DNA of 52,482 nt from a virus (lineage: Duplodnaviria; Caudoviricetes), in IMG/VR virus record IMGVR_UViG_3300005253_000354, positions 1-52,482 of that record; one strand, given 5' to 3'. The notes below the pieces were generated by a model. It did not search any database. It was not told the DNA's origin and was given only the letters and a program-made list of their open reading frames with translations. This document shows positions 28,910 through 37,669 of this stretch, in pieces. Both the position numbers and the translations under genes were made by a program. The stretch's first letter is position 1. Every line of letters begins with the position of its first letter.

Positions 28910-29653
28910 ATGCTGCGATTGACCAACTTGGCTGGCTTTTCAGCGGCGAAAGCGCGGGGCCAGGCTATTCCCGGAAACCCGCCGGTCACCGACCCCGACT
29001 TTGCCAGCGTTAAGTTATTGCTCGGTTTCAACGGCGTCGACGGGGCGACCATCACAGCCGACGAAAGCGACAACGCGGCCGTGTTAAATTCCTTCATCGA
29101 GAATGCGCAACTCGACCAGGCGCAGCAAAAATGGGGCAGCGCCTCGCTTTTGTTGGATGGCGACGGGGATGCGGTTCACTGGGATGACGATGCGGATTTT
29201 GCCATAGGGTCGGGTGAATACACGATCGATGCCTGGCTTCGCCCAGCGTCCGTGCCTGGTGTAAACGTCGTCTTTTTAGAACAGTGGTCAAGTGTGCAGC
29301 GCTCCATTTCATTTGGGACACATGCGACTGGAACTCAAATCAGTTTGCGGACTTCGACGACTGGCAACACGACAACCTCGACGCTGCTTTCGGGGACACT
29401 CACTTGGAATGTCGACCAGTGGTATCACGTCGCGAGCGACCGGGATTCTGGCGGTGTAATTAGAATTTATCGCGACGGAGTTTTCCTCGCGAAACATACT
29501 CAGGCCACCACCTTGCATGATTCAACGCGGGTGCTCGAGGTCGGCACTGATTTTGATGGGCATATCGACGACCTCCGGTACACGGTCGGCGTCGCCCGTT
29601 ACGCCAGCGACAGTGGCTACACCGTTCCGACAGAAGCCTTTCCGCGTCAATGA
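28910..29653 (+). CDS. LamG/concanavalin A-like lectin domain protein
   Basis: VKLLLGFNG, SLLLDGDGD, YTIDAW, QWYHVA..IYRDG, FDGHIDDLR..GVARY. Confidence 0.85.
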   Translation: MLRLTNLAGFSAAKARGQAIPGNPPVTDPDFASVKLLLGFNGVDGATITADESDNAAVLNSFIENAQLDQAQQKWGSASLLLDGDGDAVHWDDDADFAIGSGEYTIDAWLRPASVPGVNVVFLEQWSSVQRSISFGTHATGTQISLRTSTTGNTTTSTLLSGTLTWNVDQWYHVASDRDSGGVIRIYRDGVFLAKHTQATTLHDSTRVLEVGTDFDGHIDDLRYTVGVARYASDSGYTVPTEAFPRQ

Positions 29654-29720
29654 GTGGGACCATCGACTGGACCGTCACCTTCTTCGAGATCGTCACCCAA
29701 CCCTAACCAGGGGAGAGATC

Positions 29721-30073
29721 ATGCGAAATTTTCCCTGAGCCGCCTGCGGGCGGCTTCGTTGATTCTTGCCGCCGCATTACTGGCAGCGGGGGCGGCGCTT
29801 GCGTTTTCGGGCCCGGCCCGGGGCGAACAAACGGTCTGCGATCTGCGCCACAAGGTCGTCGAGCACCTGGCAAGCAAGTACGGCGAGGCGGTAAGCGCCT
29901 GGGGCGTCTCCGCGGCCGGCGCGCTGGTCGAGGTTTTCGAGAACCCGGAAACCGGCACCTGGACCATCACCGTGACCGCGCCCGGCGGCACGGCCTGCCT
30001 GGTCGGCGCCGGCGACGGCTGGCGCCACAAGACCGCGCCCGTGCCGCCGCCGCGCCGCGACATGGCGCTGTAA
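29721..30073 (+). CDS. Secreted protein with signal peptide; start uncertain (best ATG lies in a different frame)
   Basis: Hydrophobic leader, then C..R..VVEHLASKYGE..EVF..TGTWTITVT..ACLVGAG, a pattern typical of small alphaproteobacterial periplasmic proteins. Confidence 0.65.
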
Positions 30074-30084
30074 CGGGGACGGGC

Positions 30085-30321
30085 ATGGGGGAACCGGGGC
30101 TCGCCGAACTGCACGCCGGCCTGGCCGCGCTGAAGGCGGCGATCGAGACCGAACTCAAGGGCGTCAACGCGCGCATCGGCAAGATGGAAAAAACCCAGGC
30201 CTGCCTGGTCGAGCAGATGACCGCCGGCCGCACCACGGTCAGGGTCCTGCGCTGGGTCGGTGCCACCGTGCTGGCACTCGCCGGTTTGGCCGCGGCGTTC
30301 TGGGAGAGGATCGGCGGATGA
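30085..30321 (+). CDS. Coiled-coil plus C-terminal TM protein (holin-like)
   Basis: Directly upstream of the endolysin; one TM helix. Confidence 0.55.
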   Translation: MGEPGLAELHAGLAALKAAIETELKGVNARIGKMEKTQACLVEQMTAGRTTVRVLRWVGATVLALAGLAAAFWERIGG

Positions 30322-30722
30322 AGATCACCGCACCCGATATCGAGGTACTGGCGCGCACGGTCTATGGCGAAGCTCGGGGCGAGAGCGCCCTCGGCAAGCT
30401 GGCGGTCGCTTGGGTCGTGGTTAACCGGGCCAAGCGCGCCCGCAGCGGCCTAGCCGCGGCCTGCCTCAAGTCGATTCACTTCTCCTGCTGGAACAACGCA
30501 CGCGCCAACGATGCCAATCAACTCGCCATGATGACTGCCGATCTGTCGGACCCGGTTTTTGCGCGCTGCGTAATCGCCGCGTTACAAGCCGCGCATGGTC
30601 TCGCGCCCGACCCGACCGGCGGCGCGCGCCACTACCACGCGCTTGGCGTCCGGCCGCGCTGGGCCAGGGGCAAGAGCTACGAGACCATCGGCCGTCACCG
30701 TTTCTATCGCGGCATCGACTAG
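30318..30722 (+). CDS. Endolysin, cell wall hydrolase SleB/Hydrolase_2 family
   Basis: LARTVYGEARGE..AVAWVVVNR..FSCWN..DPTGGARHYHA..IGRHRFY. Confidence 0.93.
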   Translation: MKITAPDIEVLARTVYGEARGESALGKLAVAWVVVNRAKRARSGLAAACLKSIHFSCWNNARANDANQLAMMTADLSDPVFARCVIAALQAAHGLAPDPTGGARHYHALGVRPRWARGKSYETIGRHRFYRGID

Positions 30723-30731
30723 GAGTTCCCC

Positions 30732-30863
30732 ATGAAAGCCAAGCTGATCGCCGGCGTGCTCGCCGGTGCGTTCCTGCTGGGCGCGGCCTGGGCCTTCGGG
30801 CCCGAGGTTGCGCAAGACCTGTTCGCCACCGTGGCCGAGTTCGTGACCGGGGGTATGGAATGA
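30732..30863 (+). CDS. 43-aa membrane peptide (lysis accessory candidate; not in the ORF track)
   Basis: AGGAG RBS; MKAKLIAGVLAGAFLLGAAWAFG... Confidence 0.6.
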   Translation: MKAKLIAGVLAGAFLLGAAWAFGPEVAQDLFATVAEFVTGGME

Positions 30864-31159
30864 AAAAAACTTTCCTCGCCGCCTTGGCGGCGTTGCTTCT
30901 GCTCGCCGGTTGCTCGACGGCGCAACGAGCGGCGCTGACCGCCGGCATCGAGCACGCCCGCCAGGCCAAGGATATCGAGGCCGGAGTGCTCAAGGCCTCG
31001 CTCTGCGCCATGTCGATCGGTGCCTATCACCGGGTCAATAACGAACCCGAGCAGCGCGCCATCGACGTGCTCTGCGGCGGCCAGTGGGAGCGCCCGGTGA
31101 CCGCCGACGACGTCCGCGCGCTGCGCGAGCTGGGCGAGCTTCTGAGGGCGCCCGAATGA
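30860..31159 (+). CDS. Lipoprotein (spanin candidate)
   Basis: MKK + hydrophobic core + LAGC lipobox, in the lysis cassette. Confidence 0.75.
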   Translation: MKKTFLAALAALLLLAGCSTAQRAALTAGIEHARQAKDIEAGVLKASLCAMSIGAYHRVNNEPEQRAIDVLCGGQWERPVTADDVRALRELGELLRAPE

Positions 31160-32094
31160 CCCCTGGCGTCTCGTTCCTGGACGGCCGGGTCCACGCGCTC
31201 GATCGCGACGGGCGGCCGGTAATCCACGGTTGGGCGCCCGAGGCCTTCGCCTGGCTGGCCCTGCGCCTGGGCGGCGAGACCGGCCGGCCGGTGGTTCTGG
31301 TCCATGGTTTCGGCTACGACCCGCGGGCGCGCTCGCGCGATAACCCGCACCATCGGGGGCCCTTGGGCGGGGCCGGCAGCTTCGCCCGCTGGCGCCGCGA
31401 CCTCATGCCCGCCCGCTTGAGGGTTGGCCAGCTCGACCGGCCCGAACCAAAGGGCCGCTGCCCGGGCCTCGGCTTCGGCTGGTACTCGGTGCCGCTGGGC
31501 CTGCGCGGGGTGCTGGGCGCCTGGCGCCACGGGCGCTGGAACCGCTACCGCTATGCCTGGGACCTGGCCGAGGCGGCCGGGCCGGCGCTTAGCGTCATGC
31601 TGCGCCGCCTCGGCGGGCCGGTGGATGTCCTGTGCCATTCCTTGGGCTCCCGGGTCGTCATCGAGGCCCTGGGGGCCGACACCGCGTTGCCGGTGAAAAA
31701 CGTGGTGTTCATGAACGGCGCCGAGTTCGCCGTGCCCGCGGGCCTCCGCGCGAGGGCAAATAGCCACATCCGCTTCGTCAACCTGGTGGTCGCGGCCGAC
31801 GATGTCCTCGCCAAGCTCGACACCGCCTTCGCGCCGGTCTCCGGCCAAGGCGCGCCGATCGGCCTGGACGGCCTCCGGGGCCTGGGATCTGGCGCGCCCG
31901 ACAACTGGATCGACATCGCGCTCGACGACCCGGAGGTCCAGCTTTGGGGGGCCATCCATACGTGGCACCTCCAAGGCGACAACCCGAAGAAATGGGCCGA
32001 CCACTGGTACACCTACCGCCACGCGGGCAACCACGGCCTGATCCGCGCCGCCCTGGCCGGCGAGTTCCTCGACCCGCCGCCGTCGGTCATCTGA
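31156..32094 (+). CDS. Alpha/beta hydrolase
   Basis: VLVHGFGY oxyanion motif, CHSLG nucleophile elbow, DDVL acid, DHW histidine. Confidence 0.85.
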   Translation: MTPGVSFLDGRVHALDRDGRPVIHGWAPEAFAWLALRLGGETGRPVVLVHGFGYDPRARSRDNPHHRGPLGGAGSFARWRRDLMPARLRVGQLDRPEPKGRCPGLGFGWYSVPLGLRGVLGAWRHGRWNRYRYAWDLAEAAGPALSVMLRRLGGPVDVLCHSLGSRVVIEALGADTALPVKNVVFMNGAEFAVPAGLRARANSHIRFVNLVVAADDVLAKLDTAFAPVSGQGAPIGLDGLRGLGSGAPDNWIDIALDDPEVQLWGAIHTWHLQGDNPKKWADHWYTYRHAGNHGLIRAALAGEFLDPPPSVI

Positions 32095-32116
32095 CCTAGT
32101 ACACGACCTGCCGACC

Positions 32117-32158
32117 CGCCCGCCGTCGCCCTAACGGGCTATGGCGGGCGCTTTTTTT
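32117..32158 (+). terminator. Rho-independent terminator ending the late operon
   Basis: CGCCCGCCGTCGCCC-TAAC-GGGCTATGGCGGGCG followed by T7. Confidence 0.85.
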
Positions 32159-32183
32159 GTGCGCGGAACGGCCCGCGAACATC

Positions 32184-32423
32184 CTCCCCGGGTCTCCCCG
32201 GGTAACACCCGGAACGAACCGGAACCAGGCGGAACCAGCCGGAATCCGACGGTCCGCGCGGATCGGACGATTGTAAAGATTTACAAGGACTTAGTGCTGC
32301 CGCGCGAAGGAAACGAGAAGAAAATCAACCCTCCCCCTCACCCTGGGACGGGGCGAACGCCATTGTTGATTTAAGTTGATTTAACTCGATTTACGGCGCT
32401 TGCCCCGGGTTCCTCCCCGGGTC
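32184..32423. other. Putative attP region
   Basis: At the integrase 3' end; tandem CCCCGGGT sites at 32184-32203 and 32403-32423, CGGAAC repeats, inverted repeat TTGTAAA-GA-TTTACAA at 32271-32286, GTTGATTTAA x2 at 32365-32384. Confidence 0.55.
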
Positions 32424-33421
32424 TTGGCCGCCGTGCGCGCCGGCAGCAGGCCGATCACGCGGCGCGCGTGGCGGGCGTCGGTGGCGATGTAGGCGGCGAT
32501 CGACTTCTCGGACAGCCAGGTGCCGGCGTCCTTGATGCCGCGCGCCGTGACCAGGGCCTGGTCCAGGTCGCCGGCGAACAGGCGGCGCGCCATGTGCGGG
32601 GTGAAATAGACCCCGGCCGCCGCACACACCGGCTTGAGGTCGTCGTAGAGGCGCTGGCGCCGGCGCCAGGGGAAGACGTAATCGTCGGGATCAAGATTCT
32701 TGACCCGCCGGCGCAGCATGGCCCGGGTCCGGGCGTGCAGCTCGATCGCCTTCCAGGCGCGCGACTTGGGGATCCAGACGTCGGCCTGGCGATCGGCCAG
32801 GCGCAGATGGCGGACTTTGAGCGAGAGCGTCTCGCCGACGCGCCAGCCCTGGTGCAGGACCAGGACCAGCCAGTCCTCGACGTCGCCCTCGGCGGCGCGC
32901 AACAGCGCCGCGACCGCTTGCGGAGAGGGGCGCGGGCGCTCCGGCTCGGCCTCCTTTAGGCGGCGGATGGTGAGGTACGGGCAGAGCGCCGGCCAGTTCT
33001 CGGAACCGAAGTGGAGGATGGCGGCGGCGGGGGCCACGACCTGGCGGTTCTTGGTGGCGGCCTTGGCGTTCGGATAGAGGACGTGGGCGGCGGCGTGGAT
33101 GTCGGCGGCGGTGAGATCAGCCACGGGGCGGGCGCCGAGCAGGTCCTCGAGGCGGGCGATGTAGCGGCGCTCGTCCCGGCCCGGACGGCGCGCGGCGCGG
33201 TAGCGCGCGGCTATCTCGGCGAAGGTCTTGGGTGGCGCCGGCGCGGGAACGCGATGACCGAGGCGCTTGGCGGCCTCGAATTCCCCTGCAAGGCATCGCG
33301 CAGCTCGGCGGTCCCGTGCCGCTTCGAGGACGAACTCCCACTCCTCGGTTCCGAGATAGACCCGGGCGAGCCAGTGCCGGTTGCCCTTGCGGGTGCCGGG
33401 TGGGTAGACGGTGAACCCCAT
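32381..33421 (-). CDS. int: Tyrosine integrase
   Basis: GWRVGE (R), PKS (K), HMARR (HxxR), GTW, AAY (Y). Confidence 0.9.
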   Translation of the reverse strand: MGFTVYPPGTRKGNRHWLARVYLGTEEWEFVLEAARDRRAARCLAGEFEAAKRLGHRVPAPAPPKTFAEIAARYRAARRPGRDERRYIARLEDLLGARPVADLTAADIHAAAHVLYPNAKAATKNRQVVAPAAAILHFGSENWPALCPYLTIRRLKEAEPERPRPSPQAVAALLRAAEGDVEDWLVLVLHQGWRVGETLSLKVRHLRLADRQADVWIPKSRAWKAIELHARTRAMLRRRVKNLDPDDYVFPWRRRQRLYDDLKPVCAAAGVYFTPHMARRLFAGDLDQALVTARGIKDAGTWLSEKSIAAYIATDARHARRVIGLLPARTAAKTRGGTRGKRRKSS

Positions 33422-33609
33422 ACTTGCTCCGTGATGGCACGGGCCTGGGCGGGCGTGAAACGGCGCCCGCGGCGGCCCGGGTTATACCACTCGCGCTCGG
33501 GAAAGTCGCGCACGACCTCGGCGACGTAGCCGTAGGCGGTCGATAGCTTGACCTGCCAGGCGGCGGCCAGGTCCTTCATGGTCAGCAGCTCGACGGCGCG
33601 CGGGGTCAT
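33211..33609 (-). CDS. Excisionase-like HTH protein overlapping int
   Basis: LLTMKDLAAAWQV..GRRFTPAQ, low-complexity tail overlapping the int start. Confidence 0.65.
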   Translation of the reverse strand: MTPRAVELLTMKDLAAAWQVKLSTAYGYVAEVVRDFPEREWYNPGRRGRRFTPAQARAITEQVWGSPSTHPAPARATGTGSPGSISEPRSGSSSSKRHGTAELRDALQGNSRPPSASVIAFPRRRHPRPSPR

Positions 33610-33615
33610 CGGGTT

Positions 33616-33930
33616 TCAGGCTTCGGGATCTATTTCTGCGCCGTCGAACGCCCGCCGCTCGGCCCAGCCGAGGCTGGGCCCGCCCCTGGCCCAGGCGTCG
33701 GCGCGGCGCTTGCGCTCGCGCGTGACGATGCGGTTGAGGACCTTATACGCCAGGCGGAACTTGGCGCCGAGGGCATCGGGGCCCATGCCGGCGTCGGCCA
33801 GGCGGACGATCTCGGCGCTGACGGCGGGGGGAAGTGCGGCGGCGGACGCCGGTAGCGGCACAGGTGCGGCGCCCGCCGCCTGGGTTGCCGGCGGCGTGGA
33901 TACGTCACCGCCGGACGGGGAGGGGGTCAT
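33616..33930 (-). CDS. Hypothetical protein, possible HTH
   Basis: Coupled within the leftward operon. Confidence 0.5.
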   Translation of the reverse strand: MTPSPSGGDVSTPPATQAAGAAPVPLPASAAALPPAVSAEIVRLADAGMGPDALGAKFRLAYKVLNRIVTRERKRRADAWARGGPSLGWAERRAFDGAEIDPEA

Positions 33931-34235
33931 GCGACGGCTACCTTGTCCGCCGGCAGCGTGGCGTAGCGGGGCAGGAAACAGTCCTCCAACTCGCCGCTCT
34001 CGCGGTTCAGATGACGCCGAATCCCGAATACGTCATCGGTGAAGTCGCTGTCTGGCCCGGCCAACAAGCGGTCGAGATCAAGCGGGCAGCCGTTGCAATG
34101 GGCGGCCGTCACGTCCATCAAGAAGTCGAGCTTGTCGGCCGGTATCTCGGCATCTTCGGCGAACTTGAAAGCGCGCTCGGCGATCCGCTCGATGATCGCG
34201 GCGTCCTCCTTGCTGGCCTTGAATGAGATTGTCAT
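33927..34235 (-). CDS. Conserved phage protein (DUF6874-like)
   Basis: MDVTAAHCNGCPLDL..DVFGIRRHLNRESGEL..CFLPRY. Confidence 0.75.
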   Translation of the reverse strand: MTISFKASKEDAAIIERIAERAFKFAEDAEIPADKLDFLMDVTAAHCNGCPLDLDRLLAGPDSDFTDDVFGIRRHLNRESGELEDCFLPRYATLPADKVAVA

Positions 34236-34645
34236 TGTGGGTTCCTTCGCTTGCTTTCCCGCTCGACTCCCGAGCCGTCGATATACTGGGCCTTGAGATA
34301 GGGGCGGCCGATCAGCGGCTGGATAAACCGCTTGTCGAAGCCGCGGCCCTTGAGGGGACGTGCGGCCTTGGGCCAGGCCCCGGCCAGCTTGCGGGCAATC
34401 CGCTCGGCCTTGGCCTTCATGCCAAGATCGCGCGCCGATTTGGTCCTGTGGCACGGGCGCCCCAAGGCCTGCCAGTTGCCCGGGCCGTTGTTCCCGCCCA
34501 GGCTCAGGGCCTGCCAGTGATCCCATTCGACCGACCCGCATTCGGAGAAGGGCCGGCCGCAGGCGTTGCAGAGATGCCGCTGCCGCTTGAGTACGGCCGC
34601 CTGGATAGCCTTGGTGGGGCGGCGCCGGCACTCGGGAGCGAACAT
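34232..34645 (-). CDS. HNH endonuclease
   Basis: CNACG..EWDHWQALSLGGNN..NWQAL..CHRTKS. Confidence 0.8.
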   Translation of the reverse strand: MFAPECRRRPTKAIQAAVLKRQRHLCNACGRPFSECGSVEWDHWQALSLGGNNGPGNWQALGRPCHRTKSARDLGMKAKAERIARKLAGAWPKAARPLKGRGFDKRFIQPLIGRPYLKAQYIDGSGVERESKRRNPQ

Positions 34646-34699
34646 GGTGGGTCCTTGCAGTAGGCCTGGGATTGGTTGGGAGCCACGCCGGGTGAATTA

Positions 34700-34757
34700 G
34701 CGAGGGGGAGGGTAGGGGGAAATTTCCGAAACGTCAAGTGCGATTTCGGAAAAATCC
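34700..34757 (-). promoter_or_regulatory. PL-like promoter with operators
   Basis: TTGACG on the minus strand (34732-34737); GGAAATTTCC at 34718-34727 and GGAAAAATCC at 34748-34757. Confidence 0.7.
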
Positions 34758-34817
34758 GCTAGGAACATTCGGGCATCGGTGCGCTGGGGATAACCCGCGC
34801 CGGCGCCGGCGCGCCTC

Positions 34818-35579
34818 TCAGTTGGCTGGCTTGCAACTCCAGAAGCCGCAGGGGTTGACCAAGTAAAGGCCATTGGGCCGGCGGGTTACGCGGTATTCCC
34901 ATAAAAGCAGGTCTTTGCCGAGCGGGCCGCAAAACACGCGAATGGCCCTGCCGCGATTGGTCTCCCTGTCCGGATAGGCCACCGTTACCGAGGGGCAGTT
35001 ATAGCCGCCCGAATCGATGACCCCGGCCAGAGTCCGTTTTACCCCCGGTGTGAGGTCGATCCCCTGGGGCAGCGCAGCCGCTCGTTCTTGTTTCGCCTTT
35101 TTCGCTGCCTCTTCAGCCTCCATCTCCAAGTTTTCGATGTGCTTGGCTTCTTTCACGCCCCGGGCTTCCCTCACGGGCTTGGCCTCTTCCAGGCGCTCGG
35201 CTTCCGCGAGGCGCGCGGCTTCTTTCAAGCGTTCGGCTTCTTTCAGACGCGCCGCCTCCTTCGCTCGCTTGGCCGCCTCGACACGCCGGGCTTGTTCCAC
35301 GCGCTCGGCTTCCGTGACGCGCGCGGCTTCTTTCACCCGCTGAGCCTCTTCCGCGGCGCCCGTCGAAACCAGGGCGGCGTCGTCAACCGCGGCGACGTCG
35401 GTCTCCGGGCTGCTCGCGGCGTGTAAGAACGCGCCGAAATTAACCATCAGAAGCCCCGCCAGCGCAACGACCGCACCGTCCTTGCGGCTTCTGATTCTGA
35501 ATATGGTGAGTGGCTTGATGACAGAGATGGCGCCGACGAGAAGGACGACAAAGCCGGCCAAAAACAATGCCGTGCCCAT
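34818..35579 (-). CDS. Membrane protein with two TM helices and a 6-aa repeat coiled coil
   Basis: N-terminal TMs; EAARLK/EAERLK repeats; Cys-containing C-terminal domain. Confidence 0.7.
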   Translation of the reverse strand: MGTALFLAGFVVLLVGAISVIKPLTIFRIRSRKDGAVVALAGLLMVNFGAFLHAASSPETDVAAVDDAALVSTGAAEEAQRVKEAARVTEAERVEQARRVEAAKRAKEAARLKEAERLKEAARLAEAERLEEAKPVREARGVKEAKHIENLEMEAEEAAKKAKQERAAALPQGIDLTPGVKRTLAGVIDSGGYNCPSVTVAYPDRETNRGRAIRVFCGPLGKDLLLWEYRVTRRPNGLYLVNPCGFWSCKPAN

Positions 35580-35591
35580 GGACAGTCGTCC

Positions 35592-36164
35592 CTACGCCCC
35601 GGCTTGGCTGCGGCCTGTGAGGATGGCCGCACGTTGGCGCTGTAGCCACAAGCCTCGGCGCCGGAGCGCGCGCTTCGCCAGCTCGTGATATTCGGCCTCC
35701 GAGGCCACCTTGCCGATCTCTTCGTGCATCTGGGCGGCGGCCGTAACCAGCTCGCGCGTCTCCAAGGGCAAGCGCTCAGCCTGGTGCAAAGTCTGCAACT
35801 CCTCCGCCAGCCACCCGAGAAGTTCCGCAAGATCCACGGGCACCGCCTCGACCAGGTGCGGCTTGGCCGTGGCCGGCATGCGTTCGTAGTCGGCACCCCG
35901 ATCGCCTAGCCCGGTCACGGGCAGCAATTCCCAATCCTCGAGGCCGAGTTCTGCCGCGATGGCGGGGCGGTCGTCCTCGTCGAGCTTCCAGGGCGAGCGC
36001 TTCCAAATGTAGTCGTCAATGAATTTGGAATTGCGGTGTCGGCCGCCGCGCTTGGGGAGTGCGCGGGTCAACTCCGCGAGCGTCTTCCCCAACTTGGCGG
36101 CGCGATCAACGATCAAGCGCCGGGTCGCGTCGAGATTCTCGATATCACGCTTCGCCTCTCCCAT
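35592..36164 (-). CDS. CI-like repressor
   Basis: Divergent from a Cro-like gene; N-terminal XRE-like region (TLAELTRAL..DYIWKRSP..L..DR..IA..LG). Confidence 0.65.
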   Translation of the reverse strand: MGEAKRDIENLDATRRLIVDRAAKLGKTLAELTRALPKRGGRHRNSKFIDDYIWKRSPWKLDEDDRPAIAAELGLEDWELLPVTGLGDRGADYERMPATAKPHLVEAVPVDLAELLGWLAEELQTLHQAERLPLETRELVTAAAQMHEEIGKVASEAEYHELAKRALRRRGLWLQRQRAAILTGRSQAGA

Positions 36165-36189
36165 GGCTCCTAGGCTGCGCCGGAACCTC

Positions 36190-36248
36190 GGAAATTTCCA
36201 ATGTGACTTTTCCGATTGACAGATTCGGAAATTTCCCATAGATATGGT
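36190..36248 (+). promoter_or_regulatory. PR-like promoter with operators
   Basis: Perfect TTGACA at 36216-36221; GGAAATTTCC palindromes at 36190-36199 and 36227-36236. Confidence 0.75.
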
Positions 36249-36308
36249 GGTCTGCAAGGTCCAGACCGCTAGATCATGTACAAATGTCCGATTCTGAAAA
36301 TCATGAAA

Positions 36309-36647
36309 ATGTCTCATACAGAACAGTTCTTGTCCGAGGTTCACGATTTCGTGAACGAGACTGGGATAAGTCCAACGGCGCTTGGCAAGGCCGCCGTCGG
36401 CGATGGCTCGATCATCGTCGAGGTGAGAAACGGCCGCAGCCCGACGCTGCGGACCGTCGACAAGATCACCACCTACATGGCCGCCGAGCGCCTGCGCCGC
36501 GCCGAGGCCGGCGCGCGGCGCAGCACGGCCTGCGAAGCCCTGGTGCCCCAGCAGGTCGAAAGAGAGGTCTATCGCGCAGCCACGCGCGCCTTGAACCGCC
36601 TCGGTACCGGCTGGCGCGCGCGCCTGTTGCGGTGGTTCCGGCCATGA
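36309..36647 (+). CDS. Cro-like protein
   Basis: FLSEV..F..TGISPTALGKAAVGD..VRNGRSPTLRTVDK, typical of alphaproteobacterial phage Cro-like proteins. Confidence 0.8.
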   Translation: MSHTEQFLSEVHDFVNETGISPTALGKAAVGDGSIIVEVRNGRSPTLRTVDKITTYMAAERLRRAEAGARRSTACEALVPQQVEREVYRAATRALNRLGTGWRARLLRWFRP

Positions 36648-36678
36648 GCCGGGCGAAGCCCAAGCAAGGAAAAATCAC

Positions 36679-37053
36679 GTGATCAGCGCCGAAGAAGTGG
36701 ACGCCAACTATGCCGAGCTCAGCGCTCAGATCGACCGCCTGGAGGAACTTGAGATGCCCGCATGGTCAGGCACAGAAGTCGGAAGTCAGAAGCCGGAAGC
36801 TGTGGCGCCCGCCCCGAGATGTATCGGATGCCGTTACTTTCTCCGTTTTGACGTCGAATTCGATCCTGGGCATTGCCACCGTCACGCGCCGACCGCCGGC
36901 AAGAGGGGTACTGCCCAATGGCCCTCAGTGTGGGGCGAGTATTGGTGCGGGGACTTCGAGGAGGTCTGCGAAGCGTCCACCCTGGCGGCGGCGGATCGTC
37001 GAGCTGCGCCATCGGGCTTCTGGGCGCGGGTCCTGGGGTGGTTCCGAGGGTGA
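36679..37053 (+). CDS. Hypothetical Cys-rich protein
   Basis: CIGC..GHCHRHAP..WP..WCGDF. Confidence 0.65.
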   Translation: MISAEEVDANYAELSAQIDRLEELEMPAWSGTEVGSQKPEAVAPAPRCIGCRYFLRFDVEFDPGHCHRHAPTAGKRGTAQWPSVWGEYWCGDFEEVCEASTLAAADRRAAPSGFWARVLGWFRG

Positions 37054-37092
37054 GGAGCCGACCGCCGGGCGTTTAGACCGAAAGGACCGATC

Positions 37093-37665
37093 ATGGAGAC
37101 CATCCACTACGAGATCACCGGGACCGCGCCGCTGCTGATGCAGTCGGAGCGCACGGTGAACCCCTTCGACCCGCTGACCAAAGCGATGAAGGTGATTACC
37201 GGCAAGAAAAAGAAGACCGAGGAGGACAAGATGGATCTGGCCCGCCTGGAGTTCGAGGCCGGGCTGTATTTCGACGCCGATCTCGGCCCCTACATCCCCG
37301 GCCTCAACCTGGACGCGATGATCCGCGACGCGGCGAAACTGTCCAAGCTCGGCAAGGCGGTCCAGCGCGGCACCATGGTGGTCGAGGACAAGAACCGGCT
37401 CGAGTACGACGGCCCACGCTCTATCGCCAAGCTGTGGGCGGACGAGCGCTTCGTCGATCTCAGGAGCGCAGTCGTCCAGCGCGCCCGGATAATGCGCTGC
37501 CGGCCGATCTTCCGCGCCTGGCGGGTCGCCTTCACCGTGGCCTTGGACCCGAAGATCCTGGACGCCGCCGAAGTCCGCCGGATCGTCACCGACGCCGGGC
37601 GTTACATCGGCCTGGGCACCTATCGGCCGCGCTTCGGCCGCTTCGAGGTAACCGGCGATGATTAG
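37093..37665 (+). CDS. Stand-alone RAMP (Cas7/Csm3-like) RNA-binding protein
   Basis: N-terminal strand EITGTAPLLM, YIPG..AMIRDAA, RCRPIF..W, C-terminal Gly-rich loop AGRYIGLGTYRPRFGRFEV. Confidence 0.75.
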   Translation: METIHYEITGTAPLLMQSERTVNPFDPLTKAMKVITGKKKKTEEDKMDLARLEFEAGLYFDADLGPYIPGLNLDAMIRDAAKLSKLGKAVQRGTMVVEDKNRLEYDGPRSIAKLWADERFVDLRSAVVQRARIMRCRPIFRAWRVAFTVALDPKILDAAEVRRIVTDAGRYIGLGTYRPRFGRFEVTGDD

Positions 37666-37669
37666 TTGT

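Noticed and set aside
32292-32350. tRNA gene or tRNA-derived att core (minus strand GGCAGCACTA resembles a tRNA 3' end)
   Set aside because: No T-loop or cloverleaf recognisable; too degenerate to call
36187-36200. Self-targeting of the operator by array unit 3 (GG.AA.TT fits GGAAATTT)
   Set aside because: Only three dinucleotides fit and both flanks mismatch, which is expected by chance; a full self-target search was not possible by eye
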